Shown: positions 10,801 through 20,187 of the stretch, piece by piece
Numbering within the stretch: position 1 is the first letter of the stretch
Layout of the letters: each line of letters begins with the position of its first letter
Source of the DNA: Gammaproteobacteria bacterium
GTDB lineage: Bacteria > Pseudomonadota > Gammaproteobacteria > JAJFKG01
DNA: 56,588 nucleotides
Direction: 5' to 3'
Assembly: GCA_021156325.1 (NCBI GenBank)
Contig: JAJNDI010000018.1
Coordinates: 1 to 56,588, forward strand
The notes under the pieces: model-generated
The model's database searches: none
The model's input: the letters and a program-made list of their open reading frames with translations, nothing else
Told to the model about the DNA's origin: nothing
Position numbers and translations under genes: made by a program

Positions 10801-12116
10801 TCTTCAAATGCGGTGTTTTCCAAATCGATGAACAAAGGTGCATCTACAGAAGAAGTGCCTAGCTCAATTTGAACATGTTTACCGTGGCTGCCGCAAAAGT
10901 TGACGCCTTTTCCTGCAAGAGAAGTTAAACTAATCAGTGCATTTGATAAGTCTGCTTTAAATTGAGGAGGGACAAGATAACTGCAGTTGGTTAATAAACC
11001 TTTCACAAAACTACCTGTCATTCCAAAGTTTGTTCGTGAGTTCAATATCCAGGAACTATCAAAAATACCCCTTAAGGGCACTCCCTGTCGATTGTCTGAG
11101 TCATCGACTTGAAAATTAAGCCCCATAAAATGGATGCCTGCAGCATTTAGCTTTCGCCCTTTTAATAAACTTTCTTTTAAATCAAAACAGGTTACAGGAG
11201 TCCCAGCTTTAACAAAGGGTTCCCCATTGAGAGTTGCGGAATAGGTATATCCATTGTCCTTAAGAAACTTTGCAAAAAGCAACTCACCTTCTGTACCGAT
11301 ATACTGAGCTGGTGTATTTAAGAAAAAGTTATCCTGTATTTGTTGAGTTAATGTGCTAGAAGTGTTGACATAAATATTCTGTTTGGGAACTTTAAGAAAA
11401 ATAGAAAGTGATGTTGTTATTTCATTAAGGCAAGCAGGTTGAGCGTCTGCAGCGCTTACCCCTGTGTTTGCTGGTATGACCGTTGCTACCGCCAATTCAA
11501 CATTTCCTTTTACAGTTTGCGGGATATCGCTTAAGGTTTTGTTGGGCTGAGAATCGAGTGTCCTGTTGACTTCAGAAGTATTAAAAGGCAACGCTTGTGA
11601 AACCAAGATCGCGGGAGAAGGGTTATTCGTATTATTGGTATGATGATAAGTTTCATTGACGGTTGATATGACAGAATGGTTAGCAGGGGTTGCTCGAGCG
11701 GCATTGCTGTCTGCGCTATTATTGCCGCCACTCGTTAAATTACGGGGCTTGCGGTTGATTCGATTAAGATTAGGAGTTGAACGGGTAGTCTCATTGACTT
11801 TAATGGCTGCATCAGCAACTTGCATCAAAGAAAACATAGTTCCCCAAAAGACAACGCTTTTCGCTGCCTGTAGTGCAGCAGCATTATAAGTCTCAACAGC
11901 TTTGGCTTTTTTCCCGCCAGCGATGCGCTGTTTGGCATTGGCCGGATGAAGAGAGTGAGGAGGGTTTGAATGCTCCAATTTTTGTTCTTTAGCGTGCGCT
12001 TTTTTGATAAGATTTTCTTGAGAACGACGTATTTCACGGGCTGATTTTGGTTGTGCTGCTCTTTTCGCATGTTTAATCTGATTTGCAATGTCTCTTTTAT
12101 TGCTATTACCGCTCAT
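7881..12116 (-). CDS. 1411-aa multi-pass membrane protein with Cys-containing ectodomain and Pro/Thr stalk; candidate host-targeted effector, cassette B
   Basis: Basic N-terminal tail, hydrophobic segment ([16 protein letters not shown]), Asn/Thr-rich region, beta-rich Cys domain, PT repeats, TM ([13 protein letters not shown]), acidic loop with EGAPLL, several further TM segments, Glu-rich C-terminus. Confidence 0.85.
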   Translation of the reverse strand: MSGNSNKRDIANQIKHAKRAAQPKSAREIRRSQENLIKKAHAKEQKLEHSNPPHSLHPANAKQRIAGGKKAKAVETYNAAALQAAKSVVFWGTMFSLMQVADAAIKVNETTRSTPNLNRINRKPRNLTSGGNNSADSNAARATPANHSVISTVNETYHHTNNTNNPSPAILVSQALPFNTSEVNRTLDSQPNKTLSDIPQTVKGNVELAVATVIPANTGVSAADAQPACLNEITTSLSIFLKVPKQNIYVNTSSTLTQQIQDNFFLNTPAQYIGTEGELLFAKFLKDNGYTYSATLNGEPFVKAGTPVTCFDLKESLLKGRKLNAAGIHFMGLNFQVDDSDNRQGVPLRGIFDSSWILNSRTNFGMTGSFVKGLLTNCSYLVPPQFKADLSNALISLTSLAGKGVNFCGSHGKHVQIELGTSSVDAPLFIDLENTAFEDLSLMSTAKNTVFRMVGASIEKLTTNAIQVVDGIAQVLGELGGYSNVSLVSATPIVGVQTIKGNLDTCTYEQEIAQEFNENSNGCQVDTTEERNNSYLASCLGYWLGDPLKWITLYLGYNDGTSYFNSWTQKPSPSPTPIIPPAPTPKPTSTPTSKPTPLPTPTPATTPTAKPSPLPTPTPGPTPAAKPSPLPTPTPGPTPAAKPSPLPTPTPGPTPAAKPSPLPTPTPGPTPAAKPTPTPTPTDQQSTYSMGWLFWSTLLYFGTNTAAFFLTRYKQPAIEKEFQEKTRQLVESSQEKSSRSRIEALDEGAPLLPVASDGHEDIEEVEVEEDRGRDQAEGANTFPFIPLNALLDQAEVISLVNLNPQKLQLLLASFSRESGKNYQDTDCKETRDKVLRLAKSLFSPFHLSLVSVGGVLFLDLLSTSVFIRFSGEFAEDYFPELTTDALWAGFGQNIIVTAYFMSIILPSIESIVLSLYNRPDTETALETFLYWIAGVSNIAPLTLAVWGSAEMSTGSALSSAHFLCNFSAPLGKYFPINAAADSIIASNVALYTGNLCRNLNRFVFGTHKAAIGEMLKKVLLTSETAALQALDESSVPTSENTQWSSFSEDAAHVIIGTLIGIPAATTSISYFLSALIPPSEIIIPPHDAICDPSSTGGSSSHLDWSRIEIAIATGLYIRFFQIFGPTAYNGTKQLVALIKRSPQIFSNFIQFCRELRSSPDSPEGFLSWLRKNKSNVLNGMAALWIIGTVFPCGGFSGAGMNMNYFLSRLSDLAGISLSPEKARWIGLLLGSMGAIPLNLFSMYDLLITKLGNFINRENPSGLKADIQNSMAYHESLQDIAFMEVYTTKTLNSLEDPQYIQQFFTEEIIQDSLSGQLYGLLCQIQKNIQKIHPDLFLTPEYIQRIIISVVIAKSADPNNIEDTPYPRMQTEVSGLVNNRNCFFSNLFQSGFEEYISTAERAEKVEDGLVINN
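10093..10332 (-). repeat. 48-bp in-gene tandem repeat ([16 protein letters not shown]) x4 plus a degenerate unit
   Basis: Units start at 10093, 10141, 10189, 10237 and (degenerate) 10285. Confidence 0.95.
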
Positions 12117-12183
12117 ATCTTTAATACCTCTTATTCTTGTATCTTAAAAATTAAAAAATTTCTTTTTCTTATCGTATATTGCG

Positions 12184-13512
12184 CTAGGGCGTAACGCGCT
12201 TATCTTGAAAATGGCATTGGTTAGCAGTAACACCATTTTCACAAGTGTAATCAACTCCCTGGGGGATCCAGTTATTACCTACTTGTTGTCCTGCATTATC
12301 ATTGTAAAGAGTCAGTTGTGTGATAGCTCCGTCTATATCGTAAAAACAATGAGCTGTCTTTGAGCTGGTGGTATATTGGCTTGAATTAAATTCAATATTA
12401 TCGCTTCCATAAAACGTATTTGCGCTGCCGTGCCATCCATCAGGAGCCGTAAAATAATTTAAACCACCAGTCGTTGATTCCAAGGTAATGGTGTTATCTG
12501 CAGGACAACTCATAAATGTGGGGATAGTTGAACCATCCGCTACAGCCAACACAGTGGACATCCTGACTGCAGGCGTGCGCGTCCAATCAATCAAGCTTTG
12601 TTGAGAACCGGTTTCACTTAAATCAGCATAAGTGGCTTGATGAGTGCCGCCAACGTTATCATCTAAAGCGACATTAAAGCGAAGACCGGTTGTGTAATAA
12701 CGCTGAGTCGAAGTTAACTCTTTGGTGAAATCGGTGACTGCTTCCAGCTCGGTTTGCATCCCTTTGATAGAAGGCGTTAACCAACTTAAGCCTGCGCTGT
12801 AACCGTGTTCGGTTTGGCGAAGATCAGAGCTTAAGGTTAATTTAAGGGTCGGAAATAAGCGTTGCTCGACAGTGGCGTGACCGCCGAAGCCTTGTACATC
12901 TTGATCAGTGTATTGCGTATCAAAACGAACGGTGTCGTAATCAACACCGCCGCTCAAGCGGCTGTAAGGCCACAGGTGGGTGGCTATATTAAGATGCGCG
13001 TTGCCGCTGTTCGCGCCGGCAATACGTTGTTGGCTCAAATAATCTAAATTGTTCACCGAATCGTGAATGGTTTCATCAGCAATATCTTTGCTAGGAGAAT
13101 GCGTGTAATAACCGCCAAACCCTAAAGACTGCAGCATTTTGTTATCGAGCATATATGCATAATCAGCGCCCAAGGCATTCTGGCCGACCCACTGAGAAAT
13201 CGTATCAGTGGTGAAGTCAAAATCAAGCTTCTCATCCAGGCGCTCACCGGTGACTTTAATACGTTGATTGTTGGTGATATTAACCCCATAGGTCGCATTC
13301 AAGCGAAAAATGCGAGGACCCCCGTTTAATTCAACCGCAGCCGCATGCTGGTTGAGATTGTTATCACTGCTGTTGCTGTCAGCAGCCTCATTTAAGCCTG
13401 AAATTATGGGTGTTGGGGAGGTATTTGTTTCTGTTGTTGCATAAATAGATGATGTAATGCCTGCAATCGTGCAGATCAATACAAATTTACCAATACGATG
13501 TAACGTTCTCAT
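12184..13512 (-). CDS. Sec-exported outer-membrane beta-barrel-like protein with a C-terminal 4-Cys domain, cassette B
   Basis: Start moved to ATG 13512 (AAGGAG SD; signal peptide MRTLHRIGK...SSIYA aligns with the paralog). Core nearly identical to 6052..7482 (ELNGGPRIFRLNATYG...TPAVRMSTVLAVADGS); tip divergent. Confidence 0.7.
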   Translation of the reverse strand: MRTLHRIGKFVLICTIAGITSSIYATTETNTSPTPIISGLNEAADSNSSDNNLNQHAAAVELNGGPRIFRLNATYGVNITNNQRIKVTGERLDEKLDFDFTTDTISQWVGQNALGADYAYMLDNKMLQSLGFGGYYTHSPSKDIADETIHDSVNNLDYLSQQRIAGANSGNAHLNIATHLWPYSRLSGGVDYDTVRFDTQYTDQDVQGFGGHATVEQRLFPTLKLTLSSDLRQTEHGYSAGLSWLTPSIKGMQTELEAVTDFTKELTSTQRYYTTGLRFNVALDDNVGGTHQATYADLSETGSQQSLIDWTRTPAVRMSTVLAVADGSTIPTFMSCPADNTITLESTTGGLNYFTAPDGWHGSANTFYGSDNIEFNSSQYTTSSKTAHCFYDIDGAITQLTLYNDNAGQQVGNNWIPQGVDYTCENGVTANQCHFQDKRVTP

Positions 13513-13584
13513 AACATTTTCTCCTTGAGAAGTCGATAACATAGCAATACAGCAAGATTCAGCACGCTCCAAGGTTATTTCCTG

Positions 13585-13753
13585 GAAGCTCGTTTCCTCT
13601 GACAATGTATCCTTTTGAAGAAGATGACGGCGTGATTGGAAATAACGCCTGTGATAGGGGGTTAATTGTCCAACCGGCTGCCTTGTAGTATTTATAGGGG
13701 AGGCCAATTTCCTTAGCCGTGGCAACCTATTGCTTCGGGAATAAATAGTATCA
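13585..13753 (-). promoter_or_regulatory. Extended -10 promoter (TGaTACTAT, 13745-13753) plus conserved GGA-rich 5' leader, cassette B
   Basis: Homologous to 7555-7726; the promoter hexamer sits at the equivalent position in both copies. Confidence 0.65.
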
Positions 13754-14143
13754 AAATTTACCCATAAATTCAATTGATGTTGAATCGAGGAGTAAATCGA
13801 TTCTTCCGAGCAAACAGTTTAATTAATCTATCTTATTGAAATTCATAGCATAAAACGTATAAAGTAGAGGGTGTATCTCTGGATTGTCTGTTTGCGCCTT
13901 CACAACAACGGGTAAGTCATAAGAAAGATATAACCGTAAAAGACTTTGTCTGGATAGGCATAAGGAGCTGCCCTGTATACGGTTTGTTATCGGCAAGATG
14001 AATTTTTCAAGGATAAGATGCGTTATAGCGGAAGGCTTCTTTAAACAGCATCTCTTATACTACAAATCAACAGGATAATGACTTACAGGCTGTACTGACT
14101 TTTTCCGGTATTGCCGTTTTATAACCCCTGTATAATGAACCTT

Positions 14144-14214
14144 GTCAAATTGCATAACTCCTTGTATTTTGTGCCAACGCGTATAAGGTTCACGCCTTAT
14201 ACGCGTCTTTTTTT
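14144..14214 (+). ncRNA. Putative ~70-nt sRNA, copy 1
   Basis: TATAAT at 14131-14136, then a C/U-rich anti-SD stretch (cataactccttg), a 12-bp stem acgcgtataagg/ccttatacgcgt and T7. Duplicated 215 bp downstream. Confidence 0.65.
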
Positions 14215-14358
14215 ATCCTCTTAAAATCTTCATAACCTGACAAAATAAATCGTTTCGGGTTGTGAACACTTGTATTACAAATCCACAGGGCAAAGACTTA
14301 CAGGTTGTGCTGACTTTCTCCGATATGACTGCCTTATAACCCCTGTATAATGAATCTT

Positions 14359-14429
14359 GTCAAATTGCATAACTCCTTGTATTTTGTGCCAACGCGTATA
14401 AGGTTCACACCTTATACGCGTCTTTTTTT
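14359..14429 (+). ncRNA. Putative ~70-nt sRNA, copy 2
   Basis: TATAAT at 14346-14351. Identical to copy 1 except one terminator-loop base, while the upstream DNA of the two copies differs at many positions. Confidence 0.65.
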
Positions 14430-14512
14430 ATTCCTCTTTTATGCCCCCCTCTCAGTACTTACCACTTATAAGGCAGACTAAGTTATACTGGCATTTTTAT
14501 TAGGGCAAGATC

Positions 14513-15652
14513 ATGGAAAAACAAGAGCGTTATCGTATCGTTCGCCGCGTCACCATCGTGAGCGTATTAACCAATACAGGTTTGGGGATTCTAAAAACCC
14601 TGTTGGGATATATTGGCCATTCTCATGCCCTTTTTGCTGACGGCTTGCACTCTTTTTCTGATTTATTAAGTGATATATTAGTGTTGTTTGCTTCCAAAGT
14701 AGGCGGGCAAGATGCTGATCACAATCACCCTTATGGGCACCAACGTATTGAAACCGCTGCTACCGTCGTGGTGGCGGTATTGGTAATGCTCACCGGTGTT
14801 TGGATCTTGATCGATGCAGCAGAAAAGTTCATCCACGGCGCTTCATTGTTGCGCCCCGATCAATATGTCTTATGGGCAGCGATCTTTTCCATTATGGCCA
14901 ATGAAGCCTTATTTCGTTACACCTTGTGGGAAGGCAATAGACTCAATTCCAATTTGCTGCGTGCCAATGCGTGGCACAGCCGCAGCGATGCCTTGTCTTC
15001 AGTCGTTGTTGTCCTAGGGGTGAGCGGCGCATTGCTAGGCGTGCTGTGGCTAGACAGTGTTGCAGCCATTATTGTCGGCGTTCTCGTGATGAAAATGGGC
15101 TGGGATTTAGGTTTTTCCAGTGTGCGCGAACTGATAGATACCGGCCTTGATAAAACCACACTTCGCGCCATTGAATCTGTCATTTGCGCCGTTCCCGGTG
15201 TCTGCGCTCTGCATTGTTTGCGTACGCGTTTAATGGGCGGTGAAGGCTATGTCGATGTGCATATTTTAGTTGAGCCTCATTTAACCGTTTCTGAAGGGCA
15301 TTACATCAGTCAACATGTCCATCATCAATTGGTTAAGACATTTGACCAGATCACTGATGTAACCGTGCATGTGGATCCCGAAGAAGATGGTAAAGCCGAA
15401 TTATCCCAGGATTTGCCGCCTCGCTGTGAATTGTTACCGCAATTGCAGCGGTGTTGGCAGGCATTGCCTGGCGCAAACACTATTGCCAACATCACCTTAC
15501 ATTATCTGGAAGGACAGGTTTGGGTTGACCTCTTTTTTAAAGACCCACTCTTGTGCGCTGGTGCTGCGGCGGGATTAAAACAACGTTATCAGGCAGTAGT
15601 TTCGGAGTTTTCCTTTGTTATCATAGCAGGCTTGTGGATTGAAAAAGACTAA
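14513..15652 (+). CDS. Cation diffusion facilitator (FieF-like) transporter
   Basis: ALFADGLHSFSD, HPYGHQRIE, AWHSRSDALSS, VTVHVDP motifs. Confidence 0.93.
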   Translation: MEKQERYRIVRRVTIVSVLTNTGLGILKTLLGYIGHSHALFADGLHSFSDLLSDILVLFASKVGGQDADHNHPYGHQRIETAATVVVAVLVMLTGVWILIDAAEKFIHGASLLRPDQYVLWAAIFSIMANEALFRYTLWEGNRLNSNLLRANAWHSRSDALSSVVVVLGVSGALLGVLWLDSVAAIIVGVLVMKMGWDLGFSSVRELIDTGLDKTTLRAIESVICAVPGVCALHCLRTRLMGGEGYVDVHILVEPHLTVSEGHYISQHVHHQLVKTFDQITDVTVHVDPEEDGKAELSQDLPPRCELLPQLQRCWQALPGANTIANITLHYLEGQVWVDLFFKDPLLCAGAAAGLKQRYQAVVSEFSFVIIAGLWIEKD

Positions 15653-15721
15653 ACCCCCGGAAATTGCTGGTTTTGTGCTATAGTATTTAAATAACGCGGC
15701 GGGATTTTAGGACACCCTATC

Positions 15722-16300
15722 ATGAAAGTAACCAATCGATTTATTTTCTTGTTGATTAGCATAATAGCGCTGATATTAAGTGCCTCAAGCCAAGCGGAAA
15801 TTTATCGCTCTGTCGATAAGAATGGCAATATGGTTTTTTCTGATAGCCCCAGTGACACGGGCCAAAAAGTAGAATTAGCCCCTACGCAAGTATATACTCC
15901 TCCGACCGTTGAGAAATCAACCACTAATATCGATGAAGCTGGCGCGGACACTGCACCCACCGATTCCAATACAACCCAAACGCAAAATAAACCCTATGAG
16001 TCTGTTAGTATGACGGGCGTTGAAGATCAATCAACGCTGCCTCACAACATTCCTATCTCGGTGACGATATCTTCTATACCGGCTTTGCAAGCGGGCGATA
16101 GCTATAATGTGTTGATCGATGGCAATAGCAATGGGCCTGCTCAAACCAATGGGGCTTTTTCTATTCCCGTTACCGGGTTTGATCGCGGCCAGCATACCCT
16201 GCAAGCAGTTGTTGTAGATAGCAATAATAATGTTTTGAAACAAAGCAATCCTGTTACTTTTTTTATTTTTCAGCGTTCTCTTCTTGTGAATCCTCAATAG
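15722..16300 (+). CDS. Exported DUF4124-type protein
   Basis: Signal peptide followed by AEIYRSVDKNGNMVFSDSP; Ig-like C-terminus (DRGQHTLQAVVVD). Confidence 0.8.
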   Translation: MKVTNRFIFLLISIIALILSASSQAEIYRSVDKNGNMVFSDSPSDTGQKVELAPTQVYTPPTVEKSTTNIDEAGADTAPTDSNTTQTQNKPYESVSMTGVEDQSTLPHNIPISVTISSIPALQAGDSYNVLIDGNSNGPAQTNGAFSIPVTGFDRGQHTLQAVVVDSNNNVLKQSNPVTFFIFQRSLLVNPQ

Positions 16301-16304
16301 GATT

Positions 16305-16426
16305 AAAATCCCCCCGATGTGCGTTTCACGCACATCGACCCCCTTTTTCAAAAGGAGTAAAATCTGGTTCTTCGCCCCCTTTGAAAAAGGGGGCAGCCAT
16401 GTGTGAAACACATGGCGGGGGATTTT
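16305..16426. repeat. Inverted doublet of family-B palindromic repeat
   Basis: aaaatcccccc-hairpin-ccccctttttcaaaagg ... ccccctttgaaaaaggggg-hairpin-gggggatttt. Confidence 0.85.
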
Positions 16427-16456
16427 ATGCAACAGTACCTTAGTCTGGAGAAAAAA

Positions 16457-17218
16457 GTGTTAACGATTGCTACCTGGAATGTCAATTCAGTGCGCGTGCG
16501 TTTGCCGCAAGTGTTAGATTTTTTGGAAAAACATCAGCCCGATTGTTTAGCGCTGCAGGAAACTAAAGTAGTCGATGCTGATTTTCCCAAAGAGATGATC
16601 ACAAAAGCGGGGTATCACGTCATTTATACAGGGCAAAAAACCTATAACGGTGTAGCTATTTTAAGTAAGGCGCCGTTAGAGGACTGCCTAACGGAGTTGC
16701 CGAATGTTGATCCTCTTGAGCGGCGCTTTATCGCAGCGACCCTTGGAACACTTCGTTTTATCAATGTCTATGTTCCCAATGGGGCAAGTGTCGATTCTCC
16801 TAAATATAGTTATAAACTCGATTGGTTTGCCAAATTGCGAGACTACCTGCAACTACAAATACAAGAATATAAGCAAATAGTGATGATGGGAGATTTTAAT
16901 GTTGCCCCTACCGATGCTGATATTGCTGAGCCTGAACGCTGGCGAGGGCAGGTGTTGGCAAGTCAGCCTGAGCGAGATGCTTTTCAAGCTTTAGCACAAA
17001 CGGGCGTGGTAGACTTGTTGGAACAGCGAAGGGACTACACGTGGTGGGATTATCGGGCAGGGGCTTTCCCTAAAAACAAGGGGTTAAGAATAGATCATAT
17101 TCTGGCGACACCCTCCCTGGCAGGACGGCTGGTAGAAGGCGGGGTCGATAAAGAGAGGCGAGGCCATACCTGCCCTTCCGATCATGCACCTCTTTGGGCG
17201 CGGCTTAATTTGAACTAA
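16457..17218 (+). CDS. xthA: Exodeoxyribonuclease III
   Basis: IATWNVNSVRVR, LQETK, VYVPNG, GDFNVAP, LRIDHIL, SDHAP. GTG start with GGAG SD (alternative ATG at 16427). Confidence 0.92.
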   Translation: MLTIATWNVNSVRVRLPQVLDFLEKHQPDCLALQETKVVDADFPKEMITKAGYHVIYTGQKTYNGVAILSKAPLEDCLTELPNVDPLERRFIAATLGTLRFINVYVPNGASVDSPKYSYKLDWFAKLRDYLQLQIQEYKQIVMMGDFNVAPTDADIAEPERWRGQVLASQPERDAFQALAQTGVVDLLEQRRDYTWWDYRAGAFPKNKGLRIDHILATPSLAGRLVEGGVDKERRGHTCPSDHAPLWARLNLN

Positions 17219-17305
17219 GGTGTTGCCTTTGGCGGAGATTTTCGCTATTATTCCCGCCCGATCTGCTAGCGTCTGCGGCGGTTCATAGAATAGAGGGTTA
17301 GGCAA

Positions 17306-17536
17306 ATGCAAGCAAATATTCATCCGGCATACAGTGAAATCAAGGTAACGTGCAGCTGTGGGAACCACTTTACGACCAGTTCAACGCTGGGTAAAGACCT
17401 CCATTTGGATGTGTGTTATAAATGCCACCCTTTTTATACAGGTAAACAACGTATTGTCGATACCAGCGGACGGGTAGAAAGGTTTGATAAACGTTACGGA
17501 CATCTCAAAGGTAAAAGCGACAAAGATAAAGCGTAA
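17306..17536 (+). CDS. rpmE: 50S ribosomal protein L31 (Zn-binding type)
   Basis: IHPAY...CSCGN...[26 protein letters not shown]. Confidence 0.97.
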   Translation: MQANIHPAYSEIKVTCSCGNHFTTSSTLGKDLHLDVCYKCHPFYTGKQRIVDTSGRVERFDKRYGHLKGKSDKDKA

Positions 17537-17540
17537 ATCT

Positions 17541-18098
17541 TTGCCGCCTGTTACATGGGAATTTCCGGCAGATAAAATGCCTCAGATCCCTCCCCTTCTC
17601 TTCCCTTTTATCACGGAAACAGGCTCGATGACCGCCTGTTTAAAGCGTTTAAGCAAGATGTTATCAGTGTTTGTATCTTATCAAGGGATGCAAATTATCG
17701 ATGATCCTGCCGTATTAACCTATATGGAAATCCCCCTTGGCGAACCTGCTTGGGTACGGCAAGTTATTTTGTCTTGCGATGAAATTCCCGTAATGTTTGC
17801 AGAGTCTGTTATGACAGAAGCCCTTTATCAAGCTAATCGTGATTGGCTGGATGCGTTGGGTGAAAAACCCATTGGAGAACATTTATTTCAAAATCCTGTT
17901 TTAGTACGCTCGCCTATTACGATCACTCAATTAGTGCCCACTTCGCGTTATCACCGCTTGATTCCCTCCTCAGCGGGTGTCAGTCTTATCCCTTTATGGG
18001 CAAGACGTTCTCAATTGCGCGATGACAAAATTAACTTAGGCCTTTTTGAAGTATTTTTACCGGGATTTTTAGAACGTATCATCGCCAGAGATAGTTGA
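17541..18098 (+). CDS. ubiC: Chorismate pyruvate-lyase (start uncertain)
   Basis: GSMTACL, WVRQVIL...PVMFAESV, LGEKPIGEHLF, LWARRS, FEVFLP; directly upstream of ubiA. Confidence 0.88.
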   Translation: MPPVTWEFPADKMPQIPPLLFPFITETGSMTACLKRLSKMLSVFVSYQGMQIIDDPAVLTYMEIPLGEPAWVRQVILSCDEIPVMFAESVMTEALYQANRDWLDALGEKPIGEHLFQNPVLVRSPITITQLVPTSRYHRLIPSSAGVSLIPLWARRSQLRDDKINLGLFEVFLPGFLERIIARDS

Positions 18099-18099
18099 A

Positions 18100-19002
18100 A
18101 TGGACACAACGCTTTTTACACAACGATTATTGCGTTATGCCGTCTTAATGCGATGGCATAAGCCGATTGGTATTTTGTTATTACTCTGGCCAACCCTCTG
18201 GGCGCTGTGGCTAGCTAATGAGGGACCGCCTCATATCTCGTTATTATTGATTTTTTGCGCAGGCGTTATCGTGATGCGATCGGCCGGCTGCGTCATTAAT
18301 GATATTGCTGATCGGCGCATCGACCGTCATGTTGCTCGTACACAACAACGTCCCCTGGCCTGTCATGTCATCACCCTGCGTGAAGCATGGTTGTTGTTTT
18401 TAGGGCTTTTAAGTATTGGCTTTACCCTGTTGCTGCAATTAAACAGTCTCGCGATCATTTCAGGCATCATAGCCCTTGGGTTTATTATTTTTTACCCTTT
18501 TTCAAAACGATATACCCATTTTCCCCAAGTCGTGCTGGGATTGACTTTTTACGCCAGTATTCCTATCGCCTTTGCAGCAAGTCTTGGGTTTTTTACCCCT
18601 TTAACCTGGATAACATACGGTACGGCGGCCTTGTGGGCGGTGATTTATGACACGTTCTATGCCATGATTGACAGGGACGATGACCAGCATGTGGGAGTAA
18701 AATCCACGGCTATTTTTTTTGGCCGATATGACAGGCTGATTATCGGGATCTTGCAGTGTATTTTTATTGGCCTGTTATTCTATATAGGCGGCTACGCGCG
18801 GCTTGGCTTTGCTTATCAAATGAGCGTTATATTGAGTGCGGCTTGCTGTGTTTATCATCAATATCTTATTCGCCGCCACAACCCTCAAGCTTGTTTTAGC
18901 GCATTTTTGCACAATCATTGGATAGGGCTGATTATCTTTGCAGGACTTTTCCTGCATTATCTGATTTTGAATCAAGCAGTTGATGCTGTAGTCAATTTAT
19001 AA
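18100..19002 (+). CDS. ubiA: 4-hydroxybenzoate octaprenyltransferase
   Basis: RWHKPIGILLLLWP, GCVINDIADRRID, YDTFYAMIDRDDD. Confidence 0.96.
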   Translation: MDTTLFTQRLLRYAVLMRWHKPIGILLLLWPTLWALWLANEGPPHISLLLIFCAGVIVMRSAGCVINDIADRRIDRHVARTQQRPLACHVITLREAWLLFLGLLSIGFTLLLQLNSLAIISGIIALGFIIFYPFSKRYTHFPQVVLGLTFYASIPIAFAASLGFFTPLTWITYGTAALWAVIYDTFYAMIDRDDDQHVGVKSTAIFFGRYDRLIIGILQCIFIGLLFYIGGYARLGFAYQMSVILSAACCVYHQYLIRRHNPQACFSAFLHNHWIGLIIFAGLFLHYLILNQAVDAVVNL

Positions 19003-19110
19003 TATCATTTTCCTAACCAGCTTTATTACCCTCGCCATATTTCTTCTCAGGCCTTTGCCTTGGTATGTATTTTGCAGCCTTAGGCCTACGACATAGAAGG
19101 AACAAAAAAC

Positions 19111-20187
19111 GTGTTTAATTTGTTCAAAAGCCGAAGGAATGGTCTTCTCGGGGTGGATATCAGCTCAAGTTCCGTCAAAATTTTGGAACTGGAAGCCGTT
19201 GGTGATTCTTATAAGGTGAGTCATTTTGGAATGGCGCGCTTTTCGGGGGAGGCGGTTGTTGAAAAAGATATTCGGGATATTGAATCCGTAGCTCGGGCCG
19301 TGAAAGAAGCCCATGCCCAATCGGGTTCGCATGCTCATTTTGCCGCAGTTGCTGTATCGGGTTCTTCGGTGATCACCAAAATCATCCAGGTAGACGCTGA
19401 TTTATCAGATCATGAAATTGAAACCCAGATCCGCGCTGAAGCCGATCGCCATATTTCCTATCCTATCGAAGAGATGAATGTTGACTTTGAAGTGTTGGGG
19501 GTTAGTGAATCTGATCCTAAATTAGTCGATGTCTTGATTGCAGCCGCCCGCAGTGAAAACGTACAAGCGCATGTCGAAGCGCTAGTGCAGGGCGGTTTGC
19601 ATCCTAAAGTGGTGAGTGTTGAAATTTATGCCATTGAGCGGGCTTATAGTTTGATAGCCAAAGGATTACCCGAAGAAGGCAAAGGATTGACTGCAGTGGT
19701 GATGGATATTGGCGATGAAACTTCCACAATTTGTGTACTGTCTTCTGGCAGAACCATTTACATTCGTGATGAAGCTTTCGGCGGGCTTCAACTCACCAGG
19801 CAAATCATGAAACATTACAACATGAGCGAGCAAGAAGCCGAAGAAGCCAAACGTAATAATACTTTACCTGAAGATTATGAAGAGAGCCTCCTGCATCCTT
19901 TTCAGCAGGATTTGTTACAGCAAGTCAATCGGTCATTGCAGTTCTTTAGTACCTCGGAACAACACAGAAGCATCGATTTGATTCTTTTGGGGGGAGGATG
20001 CGCCAAAATCCCGGGTTTTATTGAGCAAGTTGCAGACCTGACGCATATAAAAACCATGTTAGCCAATCCAATAGAACATCTTTCGATTGCTTCAGGTATC
20101 AATAAAGAAGCTTTGATAGCCAAAGGGCCTCAATTATTAATCGCCTGCGGATTAGCCATGAGAGGTTTTGACGATGTCACACATTAA
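19111..20187 (+). CDS. pilM: Type IV pilus assembly protein PilM
   Basis: LLGVDISSSSVKILEL actin-like fold; C-terminal ACGLAMR; first gene of pilMNOPQ. Confidence 0.95.
   Translation: MFNLFKSRRNGLLGVDISSSSVKILELEAVGDSYKVSHFGMARFSGEAVVEKDIRDIESVARAVKEAHAQSGSHAHFAAVAVSGSSVITKIIQVDADLSDHEIETQIRAEADRHISYPIEEMNVDFEVLGVSESDPKLVDVLIAAARSENVQAHVEALVQGGLHPKVVSVEIYAIERAYSLIAKGLPEEGKGLTAVVMDIGDETSTICVLSSGRTIYIRDEAFGGLQLTRQIMKHYNMSEQEAEEAKRNNTLPEDYEESLLHPFQQDLLQQVNRSLQFFSTSEQHRSIDLILLGGGCAKIPGFIEQVADLTHIKTMLANPIEHLSIASGINKEALIAKGPQLLIACGLAMRGFDDVTH

Noticed and set aside
13513-13773. 87-aa N-terminal extension of the cassette B barrel ORF, and ORF 7382..7615
   Set aside because: The homologous leaders differ by frame-breaking indels; the SD and signal peptide point to ATG 13512.
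14079-14100. CTTACA upstream of the tandem sRNAs as a GacA/LetA box (RsmY/Z identity)
   Set aside because: No matching TGTAAG half-site, and the RNA body lacks GGA motifs.
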